Assembly (NCBI GenBank): GCA_051362555.1 | Contig: CM120647.1 | Location: forward strand, 18,018,651 to 18,082,650 | Reading direction: 5' to 3' | Source of the DNA: Lingula anatina | Taxonomy: Eukaryota > Animalia > Brachiopoda | DNA: 64,000 nt | Shown: one piece after another, positions 24,176-36,809 of the stretch | How positions within the stretch are numbered: the stretch's first letter is position 1 | How the letters are laid out: every line of letters starts with the position of its first letter | Notes under the pieces: model-generated | What the model was told of the DNA's origin: nothing | The model's database searches: none | The model's input: only the letters and a program-made list of their open reading frames with translations | Translations under genes and position numbers: made by a program

Positions 24176-26319
24176 TATGGATACAGTAGTATATACAGTA
24201 ATTGCAGAATATCTGCTTTTGTACTACTCTCTGACCACAGGAGTCGCCAGTAATCTCTTACAAGATTATTGAATTTTCTCTTCTTGAATCAGTTCAATTT
24301 GCAACAGGCTAGACTAGTCTTTGGACCCTTGTGATGTCAAAAGTGATGTCAAACAGTCTTGAATTTTAATATATCTTGTTTTGTAGGTTTTACATTTATT
24401 TATTCGTAACATTAATTAGTTTGTTTCTTCATAACCTACTCGTGATCTGGCATATATATATATGTAACGTAATTTTATTTACTATCTAATTTTCTACATT
24501 GGGTATAAATGCCATAATAGTGGATTTCAATTTTTTGCAAATAGTAATCGTAATAGGGGACTTCCAATTTCTGCAAGTACCAATTCTGGAGCACATTTTA
24601 ATTTTTCAACAGATTTAAAATTCCAATATGTTTGTTCCATGCGTGAAGTTGTCAAGGGGAACGGTTAACGATAAAATGGATATTAAAATAACGAAAGTTA
24701 CCAAGTCTATCAAGATATATATAATCATAATATTCATAATTGGCATATAAAACAACAATTGAGAAACTAATAAATGTCATAATGCTTCATTTTAATTTCT
24801 AACATATGGGAGTAAGCAGACATTTTAGTTTTTCAAAATCCTTTTTCACTATTATGCTATTAAATGACGAACAACATGAATAAATGTACCATTTCAAGTC
24901 ATTGCAGCATTCACAAATATCATTATTTTCATCGTTATCTTCATTACTGTCTGATACTTCCAAGTTTAAGGTACACATTTAGACATTTTATGGTGAGTTC
25001 CATGGTGTAGTCTTAAATAAATGACCAGGGAAGAGTTATGTCATACAGGTGTCTACATTGTATCAAGCATTTCCCATTTACCTGCTGCGGCTTGTATTAA
25101 CACGTGTAACGTTATATGAGGGTGCTTCATGGATCACGTTAAAAATATGAACATTTCACGCATCTGGGGAAATATATAGTGTCTTTCACGGTTAACGGAA
25201 GTGCTCAATGGCATATTTTTGACAACAGGAGATATAGAAAATAAATCAAGGAAGGAGGGGATTGTGCCTTAGTGTCACTGGTTGTAATCTGCTCAACGTT
25301 AACAGGGTTTGTCTACATGCATTTTAAATTCATATTCATTATCTTGGCTGTATGCACTGGTGTGGCTCTCTGATAACAGGGTTTCTTTAAATAACAGAAA
25401 ATAAGCACGCTGTTGGGAGTGAAATTAATAATGAAATATAATAAGAGGAATGTAGACATGTAGTTGAATAGATGGGAGAAGTAATTTGTGGTCTGCTATG
25501 TCTTGATAACGGTATGGTTCTCTAACTGTGGATTGAAGCAGAACTGTTTTATTTCAGACTATGGCAGATTACTGCACCTATTGGGCTATACATATTGCTA
25601 TGGATAATGCTTTTTAGTTTAAAACAGTCTTGTTGAATTGAAACATATACTGTGTAGGTTGCCGAAAAAATTAGAAAAAAAAAATTTAGACCAGCAGCGT
25701 CCAGCCCCCATACAGGTACAACTAGACTTTGCTCCTTTCCGACACACGCTTTATTACAATAAGACGCTCCAAGAGCTGCTAAAAGCGGCAATCTCGTTGT
25801 AACCAAGACGACAACCACGACGACGGCACCCTTTCGCCTTTTGTAGTTTCTCTTTCTTATTTAGAGCGAGGCTGCTTGTGTTCACATGTCTGGTCACGTG
25901 TCTGGTCACGTGTGTGTGTGCTGCGTTCGGGGGAGATGGAGAGGAGCCCAGTTCACCAGGGACGTTCATAAAGTTTCTTCACCTGACTGCTATCTCCTCA
26001 CATGTCGGGATGCAAATATGGGTTTCATTTGTATCAGGTGTCTAATGATTATTTCAATATTTTAAACAGACGAAAATGTTAATGCATCTTGTTTTGTAGA
26101 TTTTAAATTTATTATTCATTATATTAGTTAGTTGCATACACACTCATTTACTAAGTAATCTATTTATGCATTTCATTTAGATCCTTTTTATTGTACCTTT
26201 AGCTGCAAACTTTGAGTTACTTTTTAGCCATGATAAAAAACACGCAGTTGCTTTTAATGTACAGTTTGTTTGAATTCTATTTTTGATTTTTGCGTTAATC
26301 TTATTTACTATTATATATA

Positions 26320-26368
<49 letters not shown>

Positions 26369-26435
26369 GTAGTAGTATTAATAATAGTAGTAAATCTATT
26401 ATTATATTTGCAACAGAGACTTAGGTAAAGTGTTG

Positions 26436-26466
<31 letters not shown>

Positions 26467-27603
26467 CATAAATTAGTAGTAATAGTATTACATTTATTAT
26501 TATTATCATATTTGCAACAGAGACTTGGATAAATTGAAAACGTTGCATTATACGTAATAATAATAATAATAATATAGTAGTAAATCTATTATAATCATAT
26601 TTGCAACAGAGACATAGGTAAAATAAAAGTGTTAAGTGTTGCATTATACATAATAATACATAATTCATAATAATAACAATAACAATAATTATAATAATTA
26701 AATAGCAGTATTAATACTAGTAAATTTAATTGGATAAATTGAAATTGAAATCTCGGTTGCAATATAAATAATAATAATAATAATAATAATCGTAATAATA
26801 ATAATATAGTAATAGTAGTTAAATTATTATTATTATTATATTTGCAACCTAGACTTGGGTAAAGTGAAGGTGTTGCATTATACAGGTCCACATTATAAAA
26901 CATCTATCCATGTCTTCCAGCCTTTCTTCTGTTGAAAATCACGCCCAGGCACACATTTAGTCACATACAGGGTTACATGCTTCCAGCGTATTTAGGGCTA
27001 GGGTCTGCCTTAGAGGCCGTTGCCTTAGCAACCTTTATATATGCCCATAACAGTTGGGTCTGGGATTGGAGTGTGAAGGTCCAGGTGGGTCAACTGTACT
27101 GTACCTAGACATCACTGTTAAATTGATATACTTACATATGAATCTGTACTCAAAAGTTGCATTTTCCTTTTTATTTCTTTATTTTATTGACAATTTGATA
27201 TTTTTGACCCACGGTATTTGTTTGGACTTTACAGTATCAAAAAAGCACATGTTTGATTGAAGTCATCATCATGTTCGTTTATCTCATTTTAAAGGCATCA
27301 GCTTTAGCAGTGTCCCTGGTCTTCGCCATGGTCGACCTCGTCTACGTTATCCCCGTGAATAAGGAACTCATTGACAGAATGAAAAAAATAGAGCGCGATA
27401 ACGACATCGGGAGTGTTGTCGTGGCAACAAGCTCGGCAGAACGTGATCGGATCTCCGAGTTGAGGGCTCGTGACGTGACGTATGCAGTGACCTACAAAAG
27501 GTTTGTCAAGTGGCACTTGCTCAGTTCTTTGCTGAATATTACTGGAATAGCAGCCAATCTGCTTTATTTGTTCTACATGGCTTCCAGGTCTCAGAGTCTG
27601 TGA
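24093..27603 (+). CDS. TMEM205: TMEM205-like copy 3 (~219 aa)
   Basis: Exons 24093-24106 (or 22035-22048), 25865-26037, 26921-27084 and 27295-27603 are open and phase-compatible. Exon 2 is 12 nt longer (extra LVTC). This copy has the most diverged last exon (VIPVNKELIDRMKK..FVKWHLLSSLLN). Confidence 0.9.
26310..26882. repeat. (AAT)n-rich compound tandem repeat in intron 2 of TMEM205 copy 3
   Basis: About 4-5 copies of atatttgcaacagagact..gtaaa..gttgcatta separated by AAT runs; single-copy in the other paralogs. Confidence 0.8.
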
Positions 27604-28377
27604 TTCTAGGGATCTGGGACGGAATTCCTTTTTACTTTTATGAGGAATGTAGTTTGGTTCAATAGAGAACAAGGAATGTCGTAGATTTAGAAGTAACAAG
27701 CCTATTGTTTCTATGGTCTAAAGAGGACATCTACTCTGTATATACATTAGATTTGCTTCAAAAATAACCAGATTTAGGCAATTGGAATTTTCCTTTGTTG
27801 AGCCATTTTTGTCCCAGGCAAACTAGGTTGAACACATTTATTGACAATTCGATGTTGTGCACAGTTTGGAGGCATTGTAATACAAGACTAATGTAACGAA
27901 ATAACAGACGTACAATAAATCATTTTACCGAAATGCTTAATTTGATTATGAGTTCATCAGTTTTTATTTTGCTCTGAAAGAACAGGAGACGTTTGGATAT
28001 TTCATGATATACAAACACTAATGAGCATTTACAAAAACGGTGCATCTCCAGTTGGATTCAATTGAGGAGATCGGAAAAATGCCAGCAGTTTCAGGGTGTT
28101 AAAAGAGGAATCGTTACTTTATAGTGGATGCTGAAGAGTGAATGTCCTAGTCATCCAGAAGAATTTGAAAAAATACGTATAAATCAAATTCTGAAACTTA
28201 CAGCAAGGTCTTAGGTGAAGACTGCAACGTCGGTAACTAAAAATTTAAGTTCAGATTATGATTTATATATACTAGTATTTCTGATCCATACAAATACTTT
28301 TCGAAACTGCTAGAAAAGGATATCGGGCCAATTTTCTTCATTCTCCACGGGTTAGGTACTACGGAACTGGCGGGGTT

Positions 28378-28438
<61 letters not shown>

Positions 28439-31030
28439 GGTATATGGTACTGTTAGGGTGAATGAATACCAAATGAGGTTTTTTCAGTTATATAAAATTT
28501 CGGCATTTATATTTCTCGTTGCTAAACATAAGCACCTTTTTGCGTTAAGCGTCAATATTGAACACTTTTCTTTTTTGAGATGAGATAGCAATCCAGATGT
28601 GGTATATCTCCATCCCTGAAGAAGAGCTTATCACAAAAATTGGCATAGTTGGCGGCAAGTGTATGCCTCAATCCTGCGCCCTCGTTTTGGTTTAAATGTT
28701 TTTGCCCTGGAGTTTTGAGCCACCAACTACAATCCATCGTTGAACAAAGGCATGTTGTGCCTCATAAACGATACGATCTGAATTATGGCTTTTAAGAAAA
28801 ATGGCTGGCAGGGTTTCAAAATACTCATTGGTGTCGTTTAATTAGCTTTGAAACGGTATTCGTGGGTGCTCTGGTAAAGGAAATAAGTTAGAAACCGATT
28901 GTGCAAATTTTTACCCTAAAATCACATTCATGACGTCATCGGTAAAAGGACGTTTATGTAAATGCAAAGGAATTTAGTCAATGAACACTAAAGATTTTTT
29001 TATTCACGAAAATTAATACAGAACATTTACAACACAATGAGAGACAAAGACACCTTCCACACGCCATTCACACACTGAAAAAAGTTCTTTACAAATGTTG
29101 ATTAAAAATACATATAGAATTTTTTAAATAAAAGAATCTTAGTAGGCCTAGGCCATGACAAATGTTCTTTTCTATTCATATAAATATTTTTTCTATACTT
29201 TACCATTTTTTTTTCTTAGATCAATTGCCTTTTCAGGACCCAGAAGGTATAAAGACTGAAATATATTTTTCTTTTGTGTTTCCAAACACTATTTGCACGC
29301 TTAAGATTCATCTATTATTAAAACATGTACGTAAATAAGTTAATTGCTATGAATGATGATTTTCATTCCAGATACCATAACTAAAATGGTTGATGGTACA
29401 GAAAATACAAACTAGCGGTTAAGATATCCATATTTAATACCATTTATTCACATTTATTACATGTACCCCCTCAAATCCGATGTTCCACTGTCATTTCCAC
29501 GGAGGTAAAGAAATGCCCATTAAATTGAATTGACACCACCAAATGTCACCAAATTTACACACATTTAGCATAAGGGCGTGCTCGTTAAAGGTCACGTGTC
29601 TATTAGCGTGTGTGTTTACGGCGTACTGTAATAATCTCCTGTAGTCGGCGCCACTGCCTTCAATAAGGGTAAGACTTGCACGCTAATGATTCATCCATTA
29701 TTCAAAACAAGTACGTAAAGACATGTCCGTTGTATAAAGATGGCTGTATGCAATCGGGCGAGTAACGGTACAAGGTAATTTTTTTTGCGAAATTGATAAA
29801 AACCTTTTGTCTGTTAGCATACATGTATGTTTTAAAGGTTTTAATTGTCCTCGTGTAAGTTCTACAAGAAGCATTCATGCACTAAGAATGCTTTTAAAAT
29901 CCTGACTTTGATCACTTTATCATTTTTCTTTTAGTAGTACCATTAGCACACGTCTGAAGGTACCATTAATACATGTAGTACAGAAATCCGGACGAATATC
30001 AGTATAATTTAGAAAATGTCCTTGTCTATTCAGTTTCAGCTCCCCCCCCCCCCCAATCCCCGTTCAAGTAGGGCAATTCTGTACTACTGCGGTACCCGGA
30101 GCAAGTACATATGGTACTAATACAATGTACGTCGATCTGTTCGTTCGTTAATCTTTTGTACGTTCCTTGCCTCACCGAGTGCTTGGTTTGGATAAACGAG
30201 CGAGAGGATGCATTTTTGTATAGCTTATCTTTGGTCTGGCATTTTAACGTTCATTGAATATACAATACGTAGCAGAGAGAAGGGGATGAGTCGAGCAATA
30301 AACTTAGACCTTTGTCAACTTTTCCGCATCGTTGCTTTCAGGCTAGACGCTGCGCACATGAATTTTTTTAATTCGTCGACAACCTACTGTATATTTGTTT
30401 TGGCACCTTATTATGATGGACATATGTATGATCCTTTATTACAAAGTGGTCGTCCTATAAAACCAATTGGTGGTGACATTGATAGCACTTCAAATTTCTG
30501 CAAATAAGAGTTCTGGACCATCAGCATTCACTTTTTTGTTTCTATGTTTGTTTGTTTTTATGTTTGTTTCACACACGAAGTCGTCGAAGAGAAGGCTTAA
30601 TGATAAATTGAATATTTAGAATAACGGAATTTGCCATGTCTATCAAAACAAATATGCATAATCGACATATAAGTCACACTTGTGAAACTAATAAATGTCG
30701 TGATGCTAACATAGGGATAAAACTGGTATTTTAGTTTTTCAAAATTCTTCTTCGCTATTATGCAACGAAGTCACGAACACATGAATAAATATACCATTTC
30801 AAGACATTACTACATTTACTGATCATTATTATTATCTTTATCTTCATTATTATCCGATACTTCAAATGTTAAGGTACACATTTTGACATTCAATGGTTAG
30901 GTCCATAGTGCAGTATTCAATAAATACCAGGGAAGTGTTGCTTTATGTTCTGTGTCTATCAAGCGTTTCCTCGTTAATGTCACTTTTACCTGCTGTGGCC
31001 TGCATCAGCACACATGATGTTATGTTATAT

Positions 31031-31294
31031 GAGGGTCCCCTGGGGAGGGGTAGTAAACACAGTTCACGGAAAATACTATTATCAATTCACGAATCACAGT
31101 GAATATAACTATTCAGGTCTCACTGTTAACGCCAGTCGAAAATCATAAAAAATCACCATTCACCGGGTACATGTATAATGACTCCGTACCACGAAAGGCA
31201 ATTAAGAATACAGGCCGCGTTCACGAGTCACGGGAATGTGGTGCTTCACGAAAAAAGACTTCCACGGGTAACGAAAAAACCCAATGGGACCCTC
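31031..31294. mobile_element. Small MITE with GAGGGTCCC/GGGACCCTC termini (Sola2-like ends)
   Basis: Inverted termini, AT-rich 4-bp flanks ATAT/TTAT, and internal repeated TTCACG motifs. Confidence 0.45.
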
Positions 31295-31717
31295 TTATAT
31301 GGCCACATAGCAACAATTTCATGTTCAGCTCAGACTTCTTAAGCAAGTTTAGTTCTTATAACCTTCATAAAACCACACAGTGCGAGTGATGCAATGCCCC
31401 AGTTGATGAAGAAGTTTTATCACTTTTAATAGGGTTATACAATTTCAGATCCCATGCGAAAATTTGTCTCATTTAACGTTCACTTACGGTTCTAAATCTT
31501 TTTTTTTTTTTTTTTTTTACAGTTCTAATGTTGTTCTGTAATGAATGTAACAGTTTGAGAACTGTTTTAAGGAAGTCCTTCAAAATGTCCTTGAACAGAT
31601 TAAGAAAATTTCATGAAAAGATAAAAGCATTATGTTCTAGGACAGATTGAGAACCGTAAGTGAGCGTTAAATGAGACGGATTTTCGCAGGGCATGGCTAT
31701 GTTCAACATATTTGCTG

Positions 31718-31875
31718 AGGGAACTGTCTGACCATAGGGTATGCCGTGGATAACTGCTTGACTTACGGCATATATATATATAAAAAAACATGTATAGGGA
31801 ACTGTCTGACCATAGGGTATGCCGTGGATAACTGCTTGACTTACGGCATATATATATATATAAAAAAGCATGTAT
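31718..31875. repeat. Direct tandem duplication of a ~78-80 bp unit immediately 5' of the RTE insertion
   Basis: agggaactgtctgaccatagggtatgccgtggataactgcttgacttacggcatatat..catgtat occurs twice. Confidence 0.9.
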
Positions 31876-31884
31876 AGGGTGTAC

Positions 31885-32572
31885 TGAAGAAGACTGAGTG
31901 CATGGTAATCTCAAAACAGTCAGACATGCCTGTATGTAACATTTTATGCAAAGGGGAAAGAATAAAACAAGTTTGCACCTTTAAATGCTTGGGCTTCACA
32001 ATAACTCCAGACGCCAGATGCGACACAGAAATAAAGAAGAGAATCGCTTTGTCTAAGGACACATTCACCAAGATGAAGCCCATCTTTACCAACAGAAATA
32101 TAAGACTCAGCACAAAATCAACACTCTGAAAGCCTACATATGGTCCATCCTTCTGTACGGATGCGAATGCTGGACGCTAACAAAAGACCTCGAAAGAAGA
32201 CTTGAAGCAGCAGAAATGTGGTATATCAGAAGAATTATGAGAATATCATGGACTGAAAAGAAGTCAAACGAAGAAGTAATGGAAATGGCCGGGTGCAAAA
32301 GATCCCTACTCAGAACCATCAGAAAAAGACAACTACAATTTTTTGGGCACATAATCAGAGCTGATGGAATAGAAAAGCAAATACTGTGTGGAAAGATTTG
32401 TGGTACCAAAAGCAGAGGAAGACAACGCACAAAATACTCAGACAGTCTGAATAGCTACGCAACGAGGAAAGAATCCCCCAACAATGAACTCATCAGGAGA
32501 ACTGACAACAGAGAGGAATGGAAGGCCATGATCGCCGATGTCTGCAACAGACCTGGCACATGAAGAAGAAGA
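31885..32572 (+). mobile_element. 5'-truncated RTE-clade LINE (RT C-terminal region)
   Basis: KKTECMVISK..FKCLG..EIKKRIALSK..(frameshift)..ILLYGCECWTL..RLEAAEMWYIRRIMRISW..RKRQLQFFGHIIR..GTKSRGRQR; (GAA)n tail; 9-bp TSD AGGGTGTAC at 31876-31884 and 32573-32581. Confidence 0.92.
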
Positions 32573-33511
32573 AGGGTGTACATCGTCTTCATCAGACAGT
32601 GTTTTACAAGAGATTTTTTTAAAACAAGTAGAGATTTAAAGTAAATCAAAGATGGGGGGACTAGTGCCTTATTGTCACTGGTTGTCAAAGTCCTATTGAT
32701 GGCATCATTTATTATGACAGTGTGCTTGAGTAGACAAGAAATTTAGGGCTTTGGGCCTCCTTATGAAAGAAAGTAGACTGCCTGTTATGTTTTTTTTTTT
32801 TATTCGTCCCATTGGTTTAGCAGTCTTATAATGAGCTGACATTTTCAACATGGACTATACAATATGTCGAGTCGAAGGCTTTCCCTGGATCTATTTCAAG
32901 AGAAAAAAAACACTTGCCATTTCCGGAAATATATAATATTCCTAAGGCATAATTACATAAAAAACACACTCTTGGGAGCAATTATTTCAGGCTATTACAG
33001 ATTACTGCACCTAATGGACTATCCAGATTGAATTGACCAAATTAAACTCCCTTTTAAGCTTAAATTAATCTTATATGATTAAATATTGTTGGTTGATTTA
33101 TAGATTTATGGATTTAAATCGCCTGAATATTTACGTAATTATACCCATTTAAAAGTTGACAACAAGTCTAAAATGTCCATTTTTCGCATTTTTCTAGCAA
33201 TTTCATGGCCCATTGATTTTATAGGACAACCACTATGTAATAAACCGTCATCCATTTGTCTATACCATGGTTAACACTGTGACGAAACACTTATAGGTTG
33301 TCGAGAAAATCATTTTAAGCGTCTACATGTAGCCCATACAGGTACCTCTTTGGCCCTTTCTGACGCACGTTTTTTGACGATAAGAAGCTCCAAGAGCTCC
33401 CACAAGCAGCAGCCTCGTTGGGTGCTTATACACTGTAGCCACTGTAGCCAACAAGACAACCACAACGACGGCGCCCTTTCACAGTTTTTACAGTTTCTCC
33501 TTCTCATCTAG

Positions 33512-35435
33512 GAATTGCCTGGTTCTAGTCACATGTCTGGTCACGTGTCTGGTCACGTGTGTGTCTGCTGTGTTCGGAGGAGATGGAGAGGAGCCCAGTC
33601 CACCGGGGACGTTCATTAAGTTTCTTCACCTGACTGCTATCTCCTCACATGTTGGGATGCAAGTATGGGTGTCATTTGTATCAGGTGTCTAATAATATTT
33701 TTTATTTTAAACAGTCGAAAATTTAATGCATTTCGTTTTGTAGATGTTACATTATTCATTTATTATATTTGTTACCTGTTTAAACCCCCTTTACGCTGGA
33801 CGGTGTCCTTTCTGCGCCCTTTGTGCGAGCATGAAAATCGGCATTGCTGTGGTCGTAAAAAGAATGCACAAGCATCGCTTTGGTTGCAGAATGAATGCTC
33901 AATGATCGGCCAGTTGTCGGCACGTAATATATTATTATTTTTAACTCTTAAAGCGGGGCCGCACTACGGGACGCAGAAAAGACGCCGTCCAGTGTAAAGG
34001 GGGCTTTACTTCATAACCTACTAATTAACTTAGTAATCTATTGTACATTTCATTTAGATACTATTTATTCATTTACTATTGGCTACACACGTACTTTGAG
34101 CTCCTTTAGCCATGATTAAAGGGATAATAACTCTTCGTTTTGGCCAAAAAAAATGAATTTTCCTGGAGTAAACAACAATTTTCCCATACTTACCAATGGT
34201 TAATGAATCCATTTTTACATTCAAAGTTAGTCCCTGTTTTTTTTTCTAAAAAGTTTTTTTTTGTTATAATCTCTTAAGAGATTATAACAGAGTATAGCCA
34301 TCAATGGAGGTCACGTGGCCTAAAGATAAGCTCAGATATCAGAATAATAGCTATAACTGCCGTTTTTGTGGTAAAACAGAATATATTATATTTCTGTGAA
34401 TTGTTCACAATGTTTTTAAATATAGATACGAAGAGTTATTATCCCTTTAAGATAACACAGTTGATTTTACTGTACACTTCTTTTATGTTTTATTTTAATT
34501 TGTGCAATTATGTTTTTATTATTACTACATTTGAAACAAAGGTTCGGGTAAAGTTAGAGAGTACTGCATTATATAAATGCATGTAAACGCTATTAAAAGT
34601 TTTTATCCAAATCTTCCAGCCTTTGTTCTGTTGAAAAGCACGTCCAGACACACCTTTGGCCACATAAATCGTTACATGTTCCCAGCGTATTTTGGGCTAG
34701 GATCTGCCTTAGAGGCCGTTGCCTTGGCAACCTTTGTATATGCTCATAACAGTTGTGTCTGGGATAGGAGTGTCAAAGTCCAGGTGGGTCAAATTGTGTG
34801 CAGTTTTACCTGTATTTAGCTTAGACACAACAGTTCAATACGTAAATAGAAAGGCAGTCTTAAATTTCTCTTTTTTAATTATCATAGCAGACAATTAGCA
34901 CCAGTGGTGGGAAGACAGGCTGTTTTCTGCCTAGGCAGCACCAGTGATATACTTACATATGTATCCCTAAGTAAAAGTTGCATTTTCTTTTCCTTTTTTT
35001 TTTTTTTTTTTTTTTTTTTTTGATATTTTGATATTTTGACCTGCGGTATTTGTATGGACTTACCAGTACTAAAAAGGCACATGTTTGATTGAAGTCATCA
35101 TAATGTCTGTTCATTTCATTTTAAAGGCATCAGCTTTAGCAGTGTCCCTGGTCTGCTCCTTGGTCGAAGTTGTCTATATCGTCCCCATGAATAAGGACAT
35201 TTTAACCAGAATGTTCAAAATAGAGCGCGATAACGACATCGGGAGTGTTGGCCTGGCAACGAGCCCAGAAGTTCTCAAACAGATTTCTGAGTTGAAGGCT
35301 CGTGACATGACGTATGCAGGGACCTACAAAAGGTTTGCCAAATGGCACGGGATCAGTTCTTTGCTGAATATTACTGGTATAGCGGCCAATCTGATTTACT
35401 TGTTCCACATGACCTCCAAGTTTCAGAGTCTGTGA
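33512..35435 (+). CDS. TMEM205: TMEM205-like copy 4 (exons 2-4; candidate first exon 29740-29774)
   Basis: Exons 33512-33684, 34620-34783 and 35127-35435 are open, with lengths and phases as in copy 3. Confidence 0.88.
33784..34005. mobile_element. MITE with ~20-bp TIRs (CCCCCTTTAC(G/A)CTGGACGG), TAA/TTA flanks, in intron 2 of TMEM205 copy 4
   Basis: Inverted termini; absent in the paralogous introns. Confidence 0.65.
34120..34446. mobile_element. Kolobok-like MITE (family C)
   Basis: Perfect 19-bp TIR AGGGATAATAACTCTTCGT with TTAA on both sides; empty site in copy 3 (~26225). Confidence 0.85.
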
Positions 35436-35962
35436 ATTTAGGATTCTGGAACGGACTTCCTATTCGCCTCTTGGGCAATGTAGTTTGGCCCAAGAGAGAA
35501 CACGGAATGACGGAGATTTAAAAATAACGAGCCTTTAATTTCTGCGATCCGGTGGGGGTAGTTATACATAAGATTTTTTTGCAATATATATATACAGATT
35601 TAGACAATTGGAAGATGTTCTTAGATGGATCCTTCTTGTCCAAAACAGCTTTGGATGAACTATTTTGCTACAATTTGATTTTGTTCAACAGGCAAGACAA
35701 AAGAAAGATTTAGAAACAAAGATTTAGAACACAGAATGAAATAAATTTACAACAGTACTAGTTTAACTTGTTTTAGTGTTTTTTTATTTTTTATGGATGA
35801 GGTGGCACGGTTGGATCCAATGTCGAATCACTAATAAATATTTACAAAAGAACGGTGAATGTACAGTGTGAATCAGCTGAAAAGATCAGAAAAATTACAA
35901 GCAGATCCGTTTTTAAAGAGGAACCCTATTTAAAAGTAGACAGTAGTTAGAGACTGCCAGAG

Positions 35963-36140
35963 ACGTCAATTGGGGCTTTGTTGTTCATTCTCCTCCATGT
36001 TAAGTTTGAGCGCGCTGCCTCATGTGCTGGTACCTTCAAAATGTTGGCAGAGTAAAGTCAGTATGGTGGGGTGTCTGAATCGTTACGTGGCTGATCAGGA
36101 GAGGATTGTCCCATGCTCTGCTCTGCTGATATGTCGTGCG
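35963..36140 (+). pseudogene. Second relic PAN/apple exon-1 fragment, with in-frame stops
   Basis: Reads TSIGALLFILLHVKFERAASCAGTFKMLAE*SQYGGVSESLRG*SGEDCPMLCSADMSC; the start codon is mutated to ACG. Confidence 0.8.
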
Positions 36141-36212
36141 ATCGATCATTACACTTGCATAACTTTAAAACACTTTCGACAGACTTTCTATATGCACTTT
36201 CATCGTTGATCA

Positions 36213-36396
36213 CCCTTGGCAAAATATCAGGCCTGCAGCAAATTTGCTGCTATATTGCTCTACAGTATGACTGCTACAGTATGACTGTAAATTAGCAGCA
36301 ATACTTTTTCTTACAAATTCTAGCAAATTCGTTGCAAACATTTAGTTTGTAGAAATATTGTTGCAGTATTCCTGCAATTTTTTAATTTGCTAAGGG
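36213..36396. mobile_element. Small non-autonomous element with CCCTT(G/A)GCAAA termini and a 2-bp CA TSD (CMC/EnSpm-like)
   Basis: CCCTTGGCAAA..TTTGCTAAGGG flanked by CA on both sides; internal repeated GCAGCAAAT/TTGCTGC motifs. Confidence 0.5.
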
Positions 36397-36398
36397 CA

Positions 36399-36772
36399 GC
36401 TACGAATCCAACAAGCATCGTATCGTCTGCTTATGTCATTAAATCTTCAACGCAAGTGCAATTGTGGGTGAAACACCAACAGAAACATTATGAGAGGGCA
36501 CATCCCTTAGGAGTACCCGTATTCAAAAGAACTGCCTGTGAGATAAAAGAGTCAACTTTAAATATTTGCTTCCTTTCTAAACGGAAATTTAAGATCCAGC
36601 CACAAATGCAGAAGGCCTGCTTCAAATCATCTAAAAGCTTTACATAGAATACGTTTGACACAACAGTGTGCCAAAGCCAGACTATAGTCTATGGATGAAT
36701 TCCTAGTATACGAGTTCTTATTGTCTAGGGTCTGCAGTAAAGTGGGCAAGCCCTTGTTGATAGGGTTTTCAT

Positions 36773-36809
<37 letters not shown>

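Noticed and set aside
26438-26903. Low-complexity Leu/Tyr/Asn ORFs
   Set aside because: Products of the (AAT)n compound repeat.
29100-29460. Possible decayed LINE 3' end on the minus strand
   Set aside because: Only vague compositional resemblance; no motif I can defend.
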